Below are positions 10,234-20,070 of a stretch of DNA of 64,000 nt, piece after piece. Position numbers and translations under genes: made by a program. The stretch is from Pedobacter sp. GTDB taxonomy: Bacteria > Desulfobacterota > Desulfuromonadia > Desulfuromonadales > Syntrophotaleaceae. The notes under the pieces are model-generated. The model searched no databases. It was not told where the DNA came from and saw only the letters and a program-made list of their open reading frames with translations. Position 1 is the first letter of the stretch, and each line of letters begins with the position of its first letter. The stretch covers positions 904,679 to 968,678 of the forward strand of contig JBFWJC010000001.1 of NCBI GenBank assembly GCA_050253415.1, written 5' to 3'.

Positions 10234-10806
10234 TTACATGTGCTGGAAATTGACTTCGACATCCTGTCGGTGGGCCGGGTCGATCTTCCACAGAGACCGG
10301 CGCACGAAATTGAAGGCGCGTGCGATAATGATATCGGGGAATTGTTCTATGCGGATATTGTAAAGGTTGGCGGCATCGTTGAAGAATTCACGACGGTCGG
10401 CGATCTGGTCTTCGATCTCTGAGATGCGATTGCCGAGGTTGCGAAATACGGCGTCGGCCTTGAGGTCCGGATAGCGCTCTACCACCATGAACAGGGACTT
10501 CAGCGTGTCGCTCAGCATGTTCTGTGCTTCGAGTTTTTGCTGTGTTCCACGGGCGTTTTGCACCAAGGAGCGGGCTTTGATAACCGCTTCAAGGGTTTTC
10601 TGTTCGTGTTGCATGTACCCCTCGCAGACCTTGATCAGTTTGGGTAACTCGTCAAAGCGCTGTTTGAGCAGGACATCGATATTGCTCCAGGCCCGGTCGA
10701 TATTGTTTCTAAGGCTCACTAATCCATTGTAAATAGTAATGATGTAGCCGACAAATATCGCCAGAAGTAAAGCCAGTACCCCAAGAAAAATAATAAAAGC
10801 CATCAT
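10234..10806 (-). CDS. lemA: LemA family protein
   Basis: N-terminal TM; YNGLVSLRNNIDRAWSNIDVLLKQRFDELPKL, ERYPDLKA, RREFFND, IEQFP. Confidence 0.92.
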   Translation of the reverse strand: MMAFIIFLGVLALLLAIFVGYIITIYNGLVSLRNNIDRAWSNIDVLLKQRFDELPKLIKVCEGYMQHEQKTLEAVIKARSLVQNARGTQQKLEAQNMLSDTLKSLFMVVERYPDLKADAVFRNLGNRISEIEDQIADRREFFNDAANLYNIRIEQFPDIIIARAFNFVRRSLWKIDPAHRQDVEVNFQHM

Positions 10807-10829
10807 CTCCTCCTCGTCTGTAGACCTTT

Positions 10830-12734
10830 TTACGGCTGCAGATAGTCTTTCAGTGTCATGAGAGTCCAGGTCACGCCAGCCAGTGCCCCGGCAAACAGGG
10901 GCACGGTCAGCAGGGTATAATTACGCACCAGGTGTAATTCCGATTCGGTTTGGGCGATAACAAACGGGATGGAGTGCCGATGAGGCCGCTTGATGACCAC
11001 GCGGTCGCTTTGAATCGGTTGCATATGCTCATTGGTCAGGCTTTGTTGTAACACTTGTTGTTCGATGCTGGAACGTGCATGTTCCCATTCCGTTTCACAT
11101 ATGTGGCCGTCGCCGTTGCGGTCGTAGTGCTGCAGGGCGGCGGGATTGCGCTTCAGCTCCTGCAGGGTTTTGGTTACCCTTTCGCGTAAAGGTATCCGTG
11201 CCTGTTGGCTTGCCCCTGCCTGGCCGAGAATGAAAAGCTGGGCACCTTCGGAGACGACTTCTTCCACCCATTTTTCATCGCTGCTTCCGATGGACCCGAA
11301 CAGGGAGGTTGACCGGTCACCGTAGGATTCCTGACGTTCGCGAGCCGAGACAGACGCTCCGCGCGGATCGATGGTAACTTTGCCGGTTTCGTCCTCCAGG
11401 TAAAAGGGCACATGGCTGCTGTCCGTGGAATGCGACAGGCGCCAGTTATTTTTACTGTCTCGACGGTATTTCCGCAAACGGTAAAAAACACAAGGTAGTT
11501 GGCCCACCGGAGATACCAGTGCGTATTTACGCACCGCACGCCCTTGAAGCTCCACCAGGCCCATGGCCAGAGACCGGGCTTTACTGGTGGGGGTGTTTTC
11601 GATGTATCTTTTCAATCGCAAAAAATGAAACCCTCCCCAAAGGCAGGCGCCACTAAGAATCATTGGCAGAATGGCGGTGCGCACGCCGAACTTCAAGGCC
11701 GTCGCCAATAAATCGTTGCCAATGGTGGTCAACAGGCCAAACCCTGTCGCGACGGCGAAACCCAGGGTAAGTTGCGGTTTTATGGAACGATGGCTGCCAT
11801 CCGACGCAGGGGGAGTCGGCAGGCTGGCGGGGGCGGGCGCCGGTGGGGGAGAGGCCGGGATGTCGTCCCCTATTTCCTGACACAGCGCTTGGAAAAATGG
11901 CAGAGGGGCTGCGCCAGCAGCGTCCCTGCTGTAAGCTTCGGAAGGTGCGAGCTCGGTCATGAGCCATCCAAAACGCGTTAAGGCGGCCAGGTTGTCACGC
12001 TGCCAATGCAGACCCTCCTCGTCGTTTTTCAGACGGCACCCGGGCAGATTGGCAAGGCCGAAATCCAGAACCAGGCGGGCGTCCTGCACATGGCTGCGAA
12101 CCAACTCGAGAACGATTTTGAGATTGCCGATTGCGCTGAGGGTGGCGTGTTCACCCAGACCGCTCGGATCAAAACGGCCCGGCAGAATGCGTACTCCGGC
12201 ATCGACGCGTCCCAGGTCGTTGAAGCGATACAGGTCCAGGACCGGTTTGCCGCGCAGAATGGCTCTGGTTAATTCTTCATCGCTTAGGGGCCGGACATCA
12301 CGGATTCCGCTATAGACGTGTTGTGCCATGAGGTATTTGAGATTTTTTGCTGCGGCTTCTCCGGACAGGTCGGCAAGTATCGCCATGATCCGATGTTCCG
12401 GGTCCAGAGTGACAACCCGTTCGTCCGTCAGCAGGGACAGTTGTCCGTTGCCGGTACGTAAACCCCGCAATCTCAGAGGGGTAAAACGTGGTGGCCGCGA
12501 CTCGATGATCCAGCAGCGAATGTCCTGTTCCGTAAGCAGTGCGGCAATGCCTTCCAGACGTTCCTGTGAGCCTTCCGCGATCAGGTTGGGCCCGCGACCG
12601 ATGAGGCGTTGTTGCAGGAGGAAGGTATCAAGCTGATACTTTCGGGCCAGCAGTGGTCGCAGTTGAGCCAGTTTTTCATTGTCGGAAGGGATGCTTTGGG
12701 CTATCAACAGGTATGTGGGGGAGGGTTGGGTCAT
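10830..12734 (-). CDS. Membrane protein with GIDE/BAM-like domain and EF-hand-like loop
   Basis: After a TM: RYIENTPTSKARSLAMGLVELQG..CVFYR..VPFYLEDETGKVTIDPRGA; loop DRNGDGHICETE; C-terminal TM. Confidence 0.7.
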   Translation of the reverse strand: MTQPSPTYLLIAQSIPSDNEKLAQLRPLLARKYQLDTFLLQQRLIGRGPNLIAEGSQERLEGIAALLTEQDIRCWIIESRPPRFTPLRLRGLRTGNGQLSLLTDERVVTLDPEHRIMAILADLSGEAAAKNLKYLMAQHVYSGIRDVRPLSDEELTRAILRGKPVLDLYRFNDLGRVDAGVRILPGRFDPSGLGEHATLSAIGNLKIVLELVRSHVQDARLVLDFGLANLPGCRLKNDEEGLHWQRDNLAALTRFGWLMTELAPSEAYSRDAAGAAPLPFFQALCQEIGDDIPASPPPAPAPASLPTPPASDGSHRSIKPQLTLGFAVATGFGLLTTIGNDLLATALKFGVRTAILPMILSGACLWGGFHFLRLKRYIENTPTSKARSLAMGLVELQGRAVRKYALVSPVGQLPCVFYRLRKYRRDSKNNWRLSHSTDSSHVPFYLEDETGKVTIDPRGASVSARERQESYGDRSTSLFGSIGSSDEKWVEEVVSEGAQLFILGQAGASQQARIPLRERVTKTLQELKRNPAALQHYDRNGDGHICETEWEHARSSIEQQVLQQSLTNEHMQPIQSDRVVIKRPHRHSIPFVIAQTESELHLVRNYTLLTVPLFAGALAGVTWTLMTLKDYLQP

Positions 12735-12903
12735 GAAAAAGTCATCCGGTTTTGGTTTTAAAAACGCAAGGTACCTTTATAGCGCGTTGCTCCTTTGACG
12801 ATCAAGTGCTTTGCGTCAAGCCTGCCAGCTTGTGATAATTGTCTTGGTACCCTTTATATGGTAGGGTAACAGCGTTTTTTATTTCCTATCAGGAGTTTAA
12901 CTT

Positions 12904-13467
12904 ATGGCTACAACCGGTGATTTGAAACGGAATCTGGTTATCCAGATCGACAATGCGCCCTGCCTGGTGCTCGACGTGACCACTCAGACCCCCTCGGCCC
13001 GTGGCGGCAGCACCCTGATCAAAACCAAGTACCGCAATCTGCTGACCGGGCAGGTTCTCGAAAAGGCCTTCAAAAGTGGCGAACGTGTTGAAGATGCTGA
13101 TTTTGAACGCCGCAAAGGCCAGTTCCTGTACGCCGGTGACAACCATGGCGTGTTCATGGATCTGGAAAATTACGAACAATATGAGATCAGCGGGGCTATG
13201 TATGAGGATGCCCAGGGTTACCTGACCGAGGGACTGGAGCTTCAACTCGGGGTGTTTCAGGGGCAGGTGGTCAGCATCGATTTGCCCCAGAACGTGGAAC
13301 TGCTCGTCACCGAGACGGCGCCTGCGCTTAAAAATGCCACGGCTACCGCTCAAACCAAAGAGGCCATCCTGGAAACCGGTCTGCGTCTACAGGTTCCGCC
13401 GTATCTGGAGACAGGCGAGCGCATCAAGGTCGATACTCGCGAGTGCCGGTTTATTTCCAGGGCTTGA
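12904..13467 (+). CDS. efpL: Elongation factor P-like protein (EfpL/YeiP type)
   Basis: EF-P architecture (LETGLRLQVPPYLETGERIKVDTR); tip loop TPSARGG resembles YeiP SPTARG, not PGKG. Confidence 0.85.
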   Translation: MATTGDLKRNLVIQIDNAPCLVLDVTTQTPSARGGSTLIKTKYRNLLTGQVLEKAFKSGERVEDADFERRKGQFLYAGDNHGVFMDLENYEQYEISGAMYEDAQGYLTEGLELQLGVFQGQVVSIDLPQNVELLVTETAPALKNATATAQTKEAILETGLRLQVPPYLETGERIKVDTRECRFISRA

Positions 13468-13656
13468 GGATCGTCGTACTGATTTTTTCATATGAAAGCG
13501 TCGGGATAATTAATCCAAATCGAAATCTCTATCAGGATCGAGCGCTTCCGCCCGGCATTTCCATTTTGATCCCGACCAAATCAAATCCTGACAAATTAGT
13601 TGAGGGGCTGACTATATGGTCGGCACCCTTTATTAGCGTGACAAGGAGAGAGAACC

Positions 13657-13959
13657 ATGCCTATTACCGGCCCGCGTATTGTTCGTAATATGAGAGATTT
13701 TATCAGCCGCAACGGAGACGATTGGGCTAACTGGTATATCGGTATTGCCGTGGATCCATCCGATCGCCTGGTCGATGACCACAAGGTTGATATCGGCAGT
13801 GACCTATGGGTATGCAGCGAAGCCTTTACACCGGAAGAAGCGCTTCTGATAAAAGGCCGCTTTGTTGATGAGCACGGAGTTGATAGCGATGATGCCCGTG
13901 ACGAGAAGCAAGGCAGATTTGTGTATGCCTATAAAAAAGCGCCCCATACCAAACCCTGA
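13657..13959 (+). CDS. Small hypothetical protein (WYIGI..DP..RL..H; GIY-YIG-like motif)
   Basis: AAGGAG RBS, plausible 100-aa globular protein. Confidence 0.7.
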   Translation: MPITGPRIVRNMRDFISRNGDDWANWYIGIAVDPSDRLVDDHKVDIGSDLWVCSEAFTPEEALLIKGRFVDEHGVDSDDARDEKQGRFVYAYKKAPHTKP

Positions 13960-14034
13960 TCTGCAGGCTGTTACAGGTGGCAACTGCTGTCAACACCTGT
14001 CATGCAAGGTTGATCTGACTGTTGATTTGACAAT

Positions 14035-14066
14035 AAAAAAGGCCGCTCCTTTGGGAGCGGCCTTTT
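14035..14066. terminator. Bidirectional intrinsic terminator
   Basis: AAAAAAGGCCGCTCC-TTTG-GGAGCGGCCTTTT. Confidence 0.8.
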
Positions 14067-14088
14067 GCGTATCGGTAAAGCGTCAAGC

Positions 14089-14679
14089 TTACAGAGGCAA
14101 CAACTTCTTGCCATAAACTTCGTTGATAACCTGAGCAAGGCCGGTGTAGATGGCGCTCATGCCACAGAAAATGCCTTCGTAACCGGCAATCATTCCGATG
14201 GTGTGGCGCATGGGGTTGTCACCGGGGATGGTGTGCTCATAGGCCAGCAGGAAGAACAGGAGAGTCAGGGTGCCGAATACCACCTGCAGGGCGCGGGAGA
14301 GTTTGAAGGTTCCGATGAACAGTACAAAGGTGAACAGACCCCACATGAACAGGAACGCGGTCAGAGCTGCGTCGTCGGCGGCGGGAGCCTTGCCGAAGCC
14401 CATGTCAGGCAGCAGCCACAGGGCAACCAGAACCAGCCAGAACATGCCGTAGGAAGTGAAAGCGGTGGTGGCGAAGGTATTGCCCTTCTTCCATTCCATG
14501 ATGCCGGCGATAACCTGGGCGATGCCGCCATAGAAGATGCCCATGGCCAGGATCATGGCGCTGAGGCCGATGATGTTGGCGTTGTGCAGGTTGAGCAGGA
14601 CGGTGGTCATGCCGAAGCCCATGAGGCCCAGAGGCGCGGGATTCGCGGTTTTGTCGACGATCGAGAGCTGATCTGCCAT
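14089..14679 (-). CDS. satP: Acetate uptake transporter, GPR1/FUN34/YaaH (SatP) family
   Basis: Signature [35 protein letters not shown]; 6 TM. Confidence 0.95.
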   Translation of the reverse strand: MADQLSIVDKTANPAPLGLMGFGMTTVLLNLHNANIIGLSAMILAMGIFYGGIAQVIAGIMEWKKGNTFATTAFTSYGMFWLVLVALWLLPDMGFGKAPAADDAALTAFLFMWGLFTFVLFIGTFKLSRALQVVFGTLTLLFFLLAYEHTIPGDNPMRHTIGMIAGYEGIFCGMSAIYTGLAQVINEVYGKKLLPL

Positions 14680-15041
14680 TGTTTGTTTCCTCCCAGAAAA
14701 ATATAGGTTTTGCCGGCAAGGGGTGCCGACACGAATGATTTCCTACTGGATGTGTTTAGAACCGTGTTTGTAGAAATCGCGGAATTATTATTTAGAATGG
14801 GTCGCGAAGTCAAGTCCCCAGTGCCTTAAAATCAGTTCCGATATGGTATACGTTCAAGTTTGTGGGCCTATGTAACGACCTGATGTACAGTAGGAAATTG
14901 GGTGTTGGTGGTCATGTTCAGGACTGCTGTCGGCAAAGGTTGACCGGTGGCGGGGGGCTTGCTACTCTCATGTTTCACTGATGTTGCCGGAATAGTGTTG
15001 CTCAGACCGGTAACGTTAAGCACAGCTTTCAACCTCTTAAG

Positions 15042-16895
15042 ATGACGGAAAACGCGATGTTCACCTTTGAAGCCGCAAAGTATCCAACCGCCAGTGGCGT
15101 GTATATCATGAAGGGTGAGCAAGGGACGGTTTTTTATGTTGGTAAGGCGAAGAACCTGCGCAGTCGGTTGCGCAGTTATTTCTCCGAGCATGGGGACAAC
15201 CGCCCGCAGATCCGCTTTTTGCTTAAGCGTGTGTGCGATATCGAGACCATCGTTACCGACACCGAAAAAGAAGCGTTGATCCTGGAAAACACCCTCATCA
15301 AAAAATACCGGCCGCGCTACAACATCAATTTGCGCGATGACAAGACCTATCTTTCATTGCGTCTCGATCCGCGCGAGGAATTCCCCATGCTGCAACTGGT
15401 GCGGCGGGTACGACGCGATGGGGCACTTTATTTCGGTCCCTATGCTTCATCCACGGCGGTGCGCGCCACCCTTAAGGAGATTTATCGAATCTTCCCTCTC
15501 CGGCGACATCCCTTCGAAACCTGTCGCCGTCGTACGCGTCCCTGTCTCTATTATCAGATCGGACAATGCAGCGGGCCCTGTCATGGCAAGATCAGCGCTG
15601 CCGACTATCGTCGGTTGGTCGACGGTGCTCTGGCGTTGCTGGGCGGGCGGGAGACAGAGGTGGTGGCGGCCCTGCGGAGGCAGATGACGGCTGCGGCCGA
15701 GCGTATGGCTTTTGAAGAGGCAGCCCGATTGCGTGATCAGGTGCGGGCCATCGAACAGACTGTCGAGCGGCAGAAGGTCGTTGAATCGGGTGGCGGTGAC
15801 CAGGATGTCATCGGTCTGCATCGTGAAGGGGGGGAGGTGGAGATCGCCATCCTGTTTGTGCGCGAGGGCAAGGTTGTCGATCGCCGTAGCTATAATCTCG
15901 AATGGCGTCTGGATGAGGACGAACTTCTGTCGACATTTTTGCAGCGGTTTTACGGGCGCGAGGTGTGTATCCCCGATCGGGTGTTGTTGCCTTTTCTGCC
16001 GGAGGGTAGCGAGGTGCTTGCTGACTGGCTTAGTGAACTGCGAGGTAAAAAAGTACAGGTATTGGCTCCCCAGCGCGGTTCACGCCGTGAACTGGTGGCG
16101 TTGGCCGGGCGCAACGCCGAGGAAAGTTTTCGTGAGAGAGGTTCCCGGCGCGAGGCTCGCCAGGGGGTGCTGGAGGAGATCGTTACGCGTTTGCAGCTGG
16201 GCCGCTTTCCCCATCGGATCGAATGTTTCGATATCTCCAACGTTCAGGGTCGATTCAGCGTCGGCAGTATGGCGGTGCTTACCGATGGCGAGCCGGACAA
16301 GGCTGCCTACCGGCATTTTCGCATCCGCAGTGTCGAGGGCAGCGATGATTATGCTTCCCTCTATGAGGTTCTCAGGCGTCGATTGGAACGGGGACTGCGC
16401 GAGGACCTGCTGCCCGATTTCATTCTTATGGATGGTGGCAAAGGGCAGTTGACCGTGGTCTGCACCGTGCTGGATGAGTTGCGGCTGACGGGGCGCATCG
16501 ATGTGGCCGGCATCGCCAAAAGCCGGGTAATGGCCAATGTCCGCGGCAAGGTGGTGGAACGCAGCGAAGAGCGGTTCTTTTTACCTGGCCGCAAAAATCC
16601 CGTCAACCTGCGCCAGGGGTCTCCGGCCTTGTTCATGCTCGAGCGCTTGCGTGACGAAGCTCACCGCTTTGCCATTACGCACCATCGCAAGCTGCGTCGC
16701 AGCAGCACTCTGGGCTCCGTGCTGGAGGAGATTGCGGGGATCGGAGAAAAACGTCGCAAGGCATTGTTGAAGTATTTCGGCAGCCTGAAGGCGATTCAGG
16801 CCGCCAGCCTCGACGAGTTGCGGTCCATGCCCGGCCTGCCTGCCGGACTGGCGGAACGTCTCTACGCGGCGTTTCAGGAACGGAAATCATCGTGA
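15042..16895 (+). CDS. uvrC: Excinuclease ABC subunit C
   Basis: GVY..YVGKAKNLRSRL GIY-YIG domain, IECFDISN, LMDGGKGQ, LRDEAHRFAI, C-terminal HhH. Confidence 0.98.
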   Translation: MTENAMFTFEAAKYPTASGVYIMKGEQGTVFYVGKAKNLRSRLRSYFSEHGDNRPQIRFLLKRVCDIETIVTDTEKEALILENTLIKKYRPRYNINLRDDKTYLSLRLDPREEFPMLQLVRRVRRDGALYFGPYASSTAVRATLKEIYRIFPLRRHPFETCRRRTRPCLYYQIGQCSGPCHGKISAADYRRLVDGALALLGGRETEVVAALRRQMTAAAERMAFEEAARLRDQVRAIEQTVERQKVVESGGGDQDVIGLHREGGEVEIAILFVREGKVVDRRSYNLEWRLDEDELLSTFLQRFYGREVCIPDRVLLPFLPEGSEVLADWLSELRGKKVQVLAPQRGSRRELVALAGRNAEESFRERGSRREARQGVLEEIVTRLQLGRFPHRIECFDISNVQGRFSVGSMAVLTDGEPDKAAYRHFRIRSVEGSDDYASLYEVLRRRLERGLREDLLPDFILMDGGKGQLTVVCTVLDELRLTGRIDVAGIAKSRVMANVRGKVVERSEERFFLPGRKNPVNLRQGSPALFMLERLRDEAHRFAITHHRKLRRSSTLGSVLEEIAGIGEKRRKALLKYFGSLKAIQAASLDELRSMPGLPAGLAERLYAAFQERKSS

Positions 16896-16937
16896 GAGAT
16901 TTGGCTGTTTGAATTGTAGATTGGATAAGATTTTGAC

Positions 16938-17023
16938 TTTCTCCGCGCCTTCGCGGCTTCGCGTGAGATAAGAACAGGGGCACTTCTTTTTGTCACGCGA
17001 AGCCGCGAAGAACGCGAAGAAAA
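16938..17023. repeat. REP-like inverted repeat built from CGCGAAG units
   Basis: CTTCGCGGCTTCGCGTGA (16949-16966) is the exact reverse complement of TCACGCGAAGCCGCGAAG (16993-17010), with imperfect extension outward. Confidence 0.75.
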
Positions 17024-17087
17024 CCTTGAAAGCGTAGCATTGAAAGCCGACAACGCAGAGGTCTCAGCGATATGCTGGGGAAAGGGC

Positions 17088-18581
17088 CTAGGGCGCCCGC
17101 CCGAAGCGGCGGGTCATGTCCCCCAGTCGCTGCTGCAGTTCCGAGGTCAGCGCGCCCGGCAAGTAGCGCCAACCCCAGTTGGCATCGGCGTGGCCGGGGT
17201 GATTCATACGCGCCTCGCCATCCAGTGCCAGCAGATCCTGCAGCGGGCAGATGGCAAGTCGGGCGACGCTCGACCAGGCAAGGTGGATCAGGTCCCAGGG
17301 CATGTCAACGGAGGACCGGCCGAGGTAGGCAGCGGTTTCGGTGCGGAGCTGTTGATCCAACGACTGCCACCAGCCGAGGGTTGTGTCGTTGTCATGGGTG
17401 CCGGTATAGACGATGCAGTGCACGGGCAGGTTGTGGGGCAGATAGGGGTTGTCCGGTCCGGAATCGAAGGCGAACTGCAGAATCTTCATGCCGGGCAGGC
17501 CAAGCCGGTCGCGCAGTTGCTCGACTTCGGGGGTGATGATGCCCAGATCCTCGGCCACCAGCGGCAATGCCGGGTATTTATGCTTCAGGGTGGAGAAAAG
17601 GGCTTCGCCGGGGCTGTCCCACCACTGGCCGTTGATGGCGGTCTTTTCTCCGGCCGGAATCGCCCAGCAGGCGATGAAACCACGGAAATGATCGATGCGC
17701 AGCAGGTCGCATTGTTGCAGGTTCCACGCGAGCCGGTCCTGCCACCAGGCGAAATCATCCTGTTGATGCGCTTCCCAGCGATACAGGGGGTTGCCCCAGT
17801 GTTGGCCGGTAGCGCTGAAGTAATCGGGAGGCACACCGGCCACCACCGTCGGCTGCAACTGCGGGTCCAGATGGAACAGACCGGGATGCGCCCACACGTC
17901 CGCCGAATCAAGCGCCACAAAGATCGGCATATCGCCCAGAATACGCACTCCCCGTCGGTTGGCATAATCGCGCAGGGCCAGCCACTGTTCAAAAAACACG
18001 AACTGGCTGTATCGATGAAAGTACAGGCTGTCGGCCAGTTCCCCACAAGCCTGCTCCAGGGCGTCCGGCTGCCTCTCCCTCAGGGGCCGGGGCCATTGCT
18101 GCCATGACTGGTCGTCGAATTTTCGCCGAAGGGCGCAGAATAGAACGAAGTCCTCGAGCCAGCCGGCTTGTTCATGACAGAAGGTGTCGAAGTCGTTCTT
18201 ACGCCGGGCGGAGGCTCCCTCGCGGAAGCGTTTGCCTGCCTTGCGCAGCAGTCGGGTTTTGAAAGGGGCGACAAATCCGAAATGTGCCAGCCCCTCTTCC
18301 AGGCTGACCCCCGCCAGATCTTCCGGTTCGAGATCTCCCTCTTCCACCAACCGCTCGAGGGAAACCAGCAGGGGATTGCCGGCGAACGCCGACAGGGCGC
18401 TGTAGGGTGAATGTCCGTAGCCCGTTGGTCCCAGGGGCAATATCTGCCAGATGCTCTGCCCTGCTCCGGCAAGGAAGTCGACGAACCGCCAGGCTTCGGT
18501 GCCCAGATCGCCCATGCCGTGCGGTCCCGGAAGGGAGGTGGGGTGCAGCAGGACCCCGCTGGCGCGGTGCTGGCCCGTCAT
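17088..18581 (-). CDS. malQ: 4-alpha-glucanotransferase (amylomaltase, GH77)
   Basis: RASGVLLHPTSLP, WQILPLGP, GVPPDYFSATGQHWGNP, RIDHFRG, AEDLG, YTGTHDNDT. Confidence 0.97.
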   Translation of the reverse strand: MTGQHRASGVLLHPTSLPGPHGMGDLGTEAWRFVDFLAGAGQSIWQILPLGPTGYGHSPYSALSAFAGNPLLVSLERLVEEGDLEPEDLAGVSLEEGLAHFGFVAPFKTRLLRKAGKRFREGASARRKNDFDTFCHEQAGWLEDFVLFCALRRKFDDQSWQQWPRPLRERQPDALEQACGELADSLYFHRYSQFVFFEQWLALRDYANRRGVRILGDMPIFVALDSADVWAHPGLFHLDPQLQPTVVAGVPPDYFSATGQHWGNPLYRWEAHQQDDFAWWQDRLAWNLQQCDLLRIDHFRGFIACWAIPAGEKTAINGQWWDSPGEALFSTLKHKYPALPLVAEDLGIITPEVEQLRDRLGLPGMKILQFAFDSGPDNPYLPHNLPVHCIVYTGTHDNDTTLGWWQSLDQQLRTETAAYLGRSSVDMPWDLIHLAWSSVARLAICPLQDLLALDGEARMNHPGHADANWGWRYLPGALTSELQQRLGDMTRRFGRAP

Positions 18582-19030
18582 GACGGGTTACTTGAGCCGA
18601 GAGAGTCTTTTTCCGCGGCAACCAGTACCTGGCGCGCGGCCAGCAGACGTCGGTAGTAGTTGGCGGCTTTCTGATGCTGGCCGGATACCAGGGCCTTATG
18701 CAGATCCCCCTCCAGTTCGGCCACTTCCAGGCGCTTGTAATAGTCCATGGTTTCGAGCAGGTGCGCGACGACGATGCGGGCGGTCAACAGGGGGTGGTTG
18801 TTGGTGACGTTGGCTGCCGGATACATGGTGCCGTGCTCAAGCTCAACTTCCAGTCCGGCCCGAAAATCTTCCAACGGGATTTTCAGCCCGGCCGTGTCGG
18901 TGTTGGCCAGGATCATGCCGGCTTCGTCTTCCGATACTTCGACCTTGTCCAGACATGTCCAGTCTCTGATATCCAGAGCTTTGCATACCCTCCGCACTTC
19001 TTCCACGGTGATATAGACAGGCAGTTCCAT
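18578..19030 (-). CDS. DUF5661-like hypothetical protein
   Basis: GLEVELEHG..NVTNNHPLLTARIVVAHLLETMDYYKRL; 4-bp overlap with malQ start. Confidence 0.7.
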   Translation of the reverse strand: MELPVYITVEEVRRVCKALDIRDWTCLDKVEVSEDEAGMILANTDTAGLKIPLEDFRAGLEVELEHGTMYPAANVTNNHPLLTARIVVAHLLETMDYYKRLEVAELEGDLHKALVSGQHQKAANYYRRLLAARQVLVAAEKDSLGSSNPS

Positions 19031-19197
19031 GGTGATATCCTTTGGTTTGAGATGTTGTAGGCAGCTTGCTATTACGCTTCATTATACTCGATGTGGCGTG
19101 GTTTCCCACAAGCAGCCATTCATGTGTGGGGTTTTTAAGTCGATGAAAGTTGCGGGCAAAGGGGCGTCATGAGGCGCCTCAGGCGAGGAGGATGGTC

Positions 19198-19992
19198 ATG
19201 GAGAATCAGCAGCGCGTGATCGAAGATGTCGGGATGGCTAATTTGCAATTTCCTATCCGGGTGTTGTCCGGGCGTAATGCTCAGGGACAGGATACTGTTG
19301 CCAGCATAACCGTTAATGCCCGCATTCTTCAGGAATTTGAAGCTCGCTGGATCGACCGTTTTATCCAGGTATTGCATCGACACAGAGGTATTGTCGGCGC
19401 AACCGCATTGCAGGATCAGGCCCTCGATTATCTGCACGAACTCGATGCCCGCTCGGTAAGCGTGGAGTATGAGTTTCCCTATTTTATCGAAAAGACGACT
19501 CCGGCATCCGGGGAGAAGTGTCTGGTGAGATATCGCTGTGCCTATGCGGTGCGGGTCCATACCCTCAATAATGAACCGACGGTTCTGTTTCGTATAGAAG
19601 TGCCGTGCATAACCACCTATCCCGGCTCGTCGCGGGAAAAACCCGGGGGGCTGTTTGGCCAGCTCAGCCGCATCGGCCTGGAAGTCATGACGCGCAGGGA
19701 TATCTACCCGGAAGATCTCGTCGACATGGTCGACCGTCATGCGTTGGCGCCATTGTATTCTTATCTCACCGAAGAAGATCAGATGCATGTTATCGAGCGG
19801 GTGCATACCGAGGAAAAAAACAGCGTGGTGGTGGTCGACGCTATCAAACTGGAGTTGGCGCGTCGGCGGGATATCGAGTGGTATGCGGTCAAATCGGCCA
19901 ATTATGGCATGCTGCATTCTTATTCGACCATGGTCGGACTGGAAAAAAGCCCCTGGATCCCCTTCAGTGGTTATGAGTCGGGTGATATCTGA
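19198..19992 (+). CDS. folE2: GTP cyclohydrolase FolE2-family protein with degenerate active site
   Basis: IEDVGMANLQFPI, FPYFIEKTTPASGEKCLVRY, EDLVDMV..ALAPLYSYL align with FolE2; AGGAGG RBS before ATG 19198. Confidence 0.7.
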   Translation: MENQQRVIEDVGMANLQFPIRVLSGRNAQGQDTVASITVNARILQEFEARWIDRFIQVLHRHRGIVGATALQDQALDYLHELDARSVSVEYEFPYFIEKTTPASGEKCLVRYRCAYAVRVHTLNNEPTVLFRIEVPCITTYPGSSREKPGGLFGQLSRIGLEVMTRRDIYPEDLVDMVDRHALAPLYSYLTEEDQMHVIERVHTEEKNSVVVVDAIKLELARRRDIEWYAVKSANYGMLHSYSTMVGLEKSPWIPFSGYESGDI

Positions 19993-20070
19993 CGGTTTGG
20001 GCTTGCAGGGTGCACGGTGTGGCGAAATTGCGTGCCAATTTCCGTTAAGGGGAAGGCCCCTCTGTATAGA

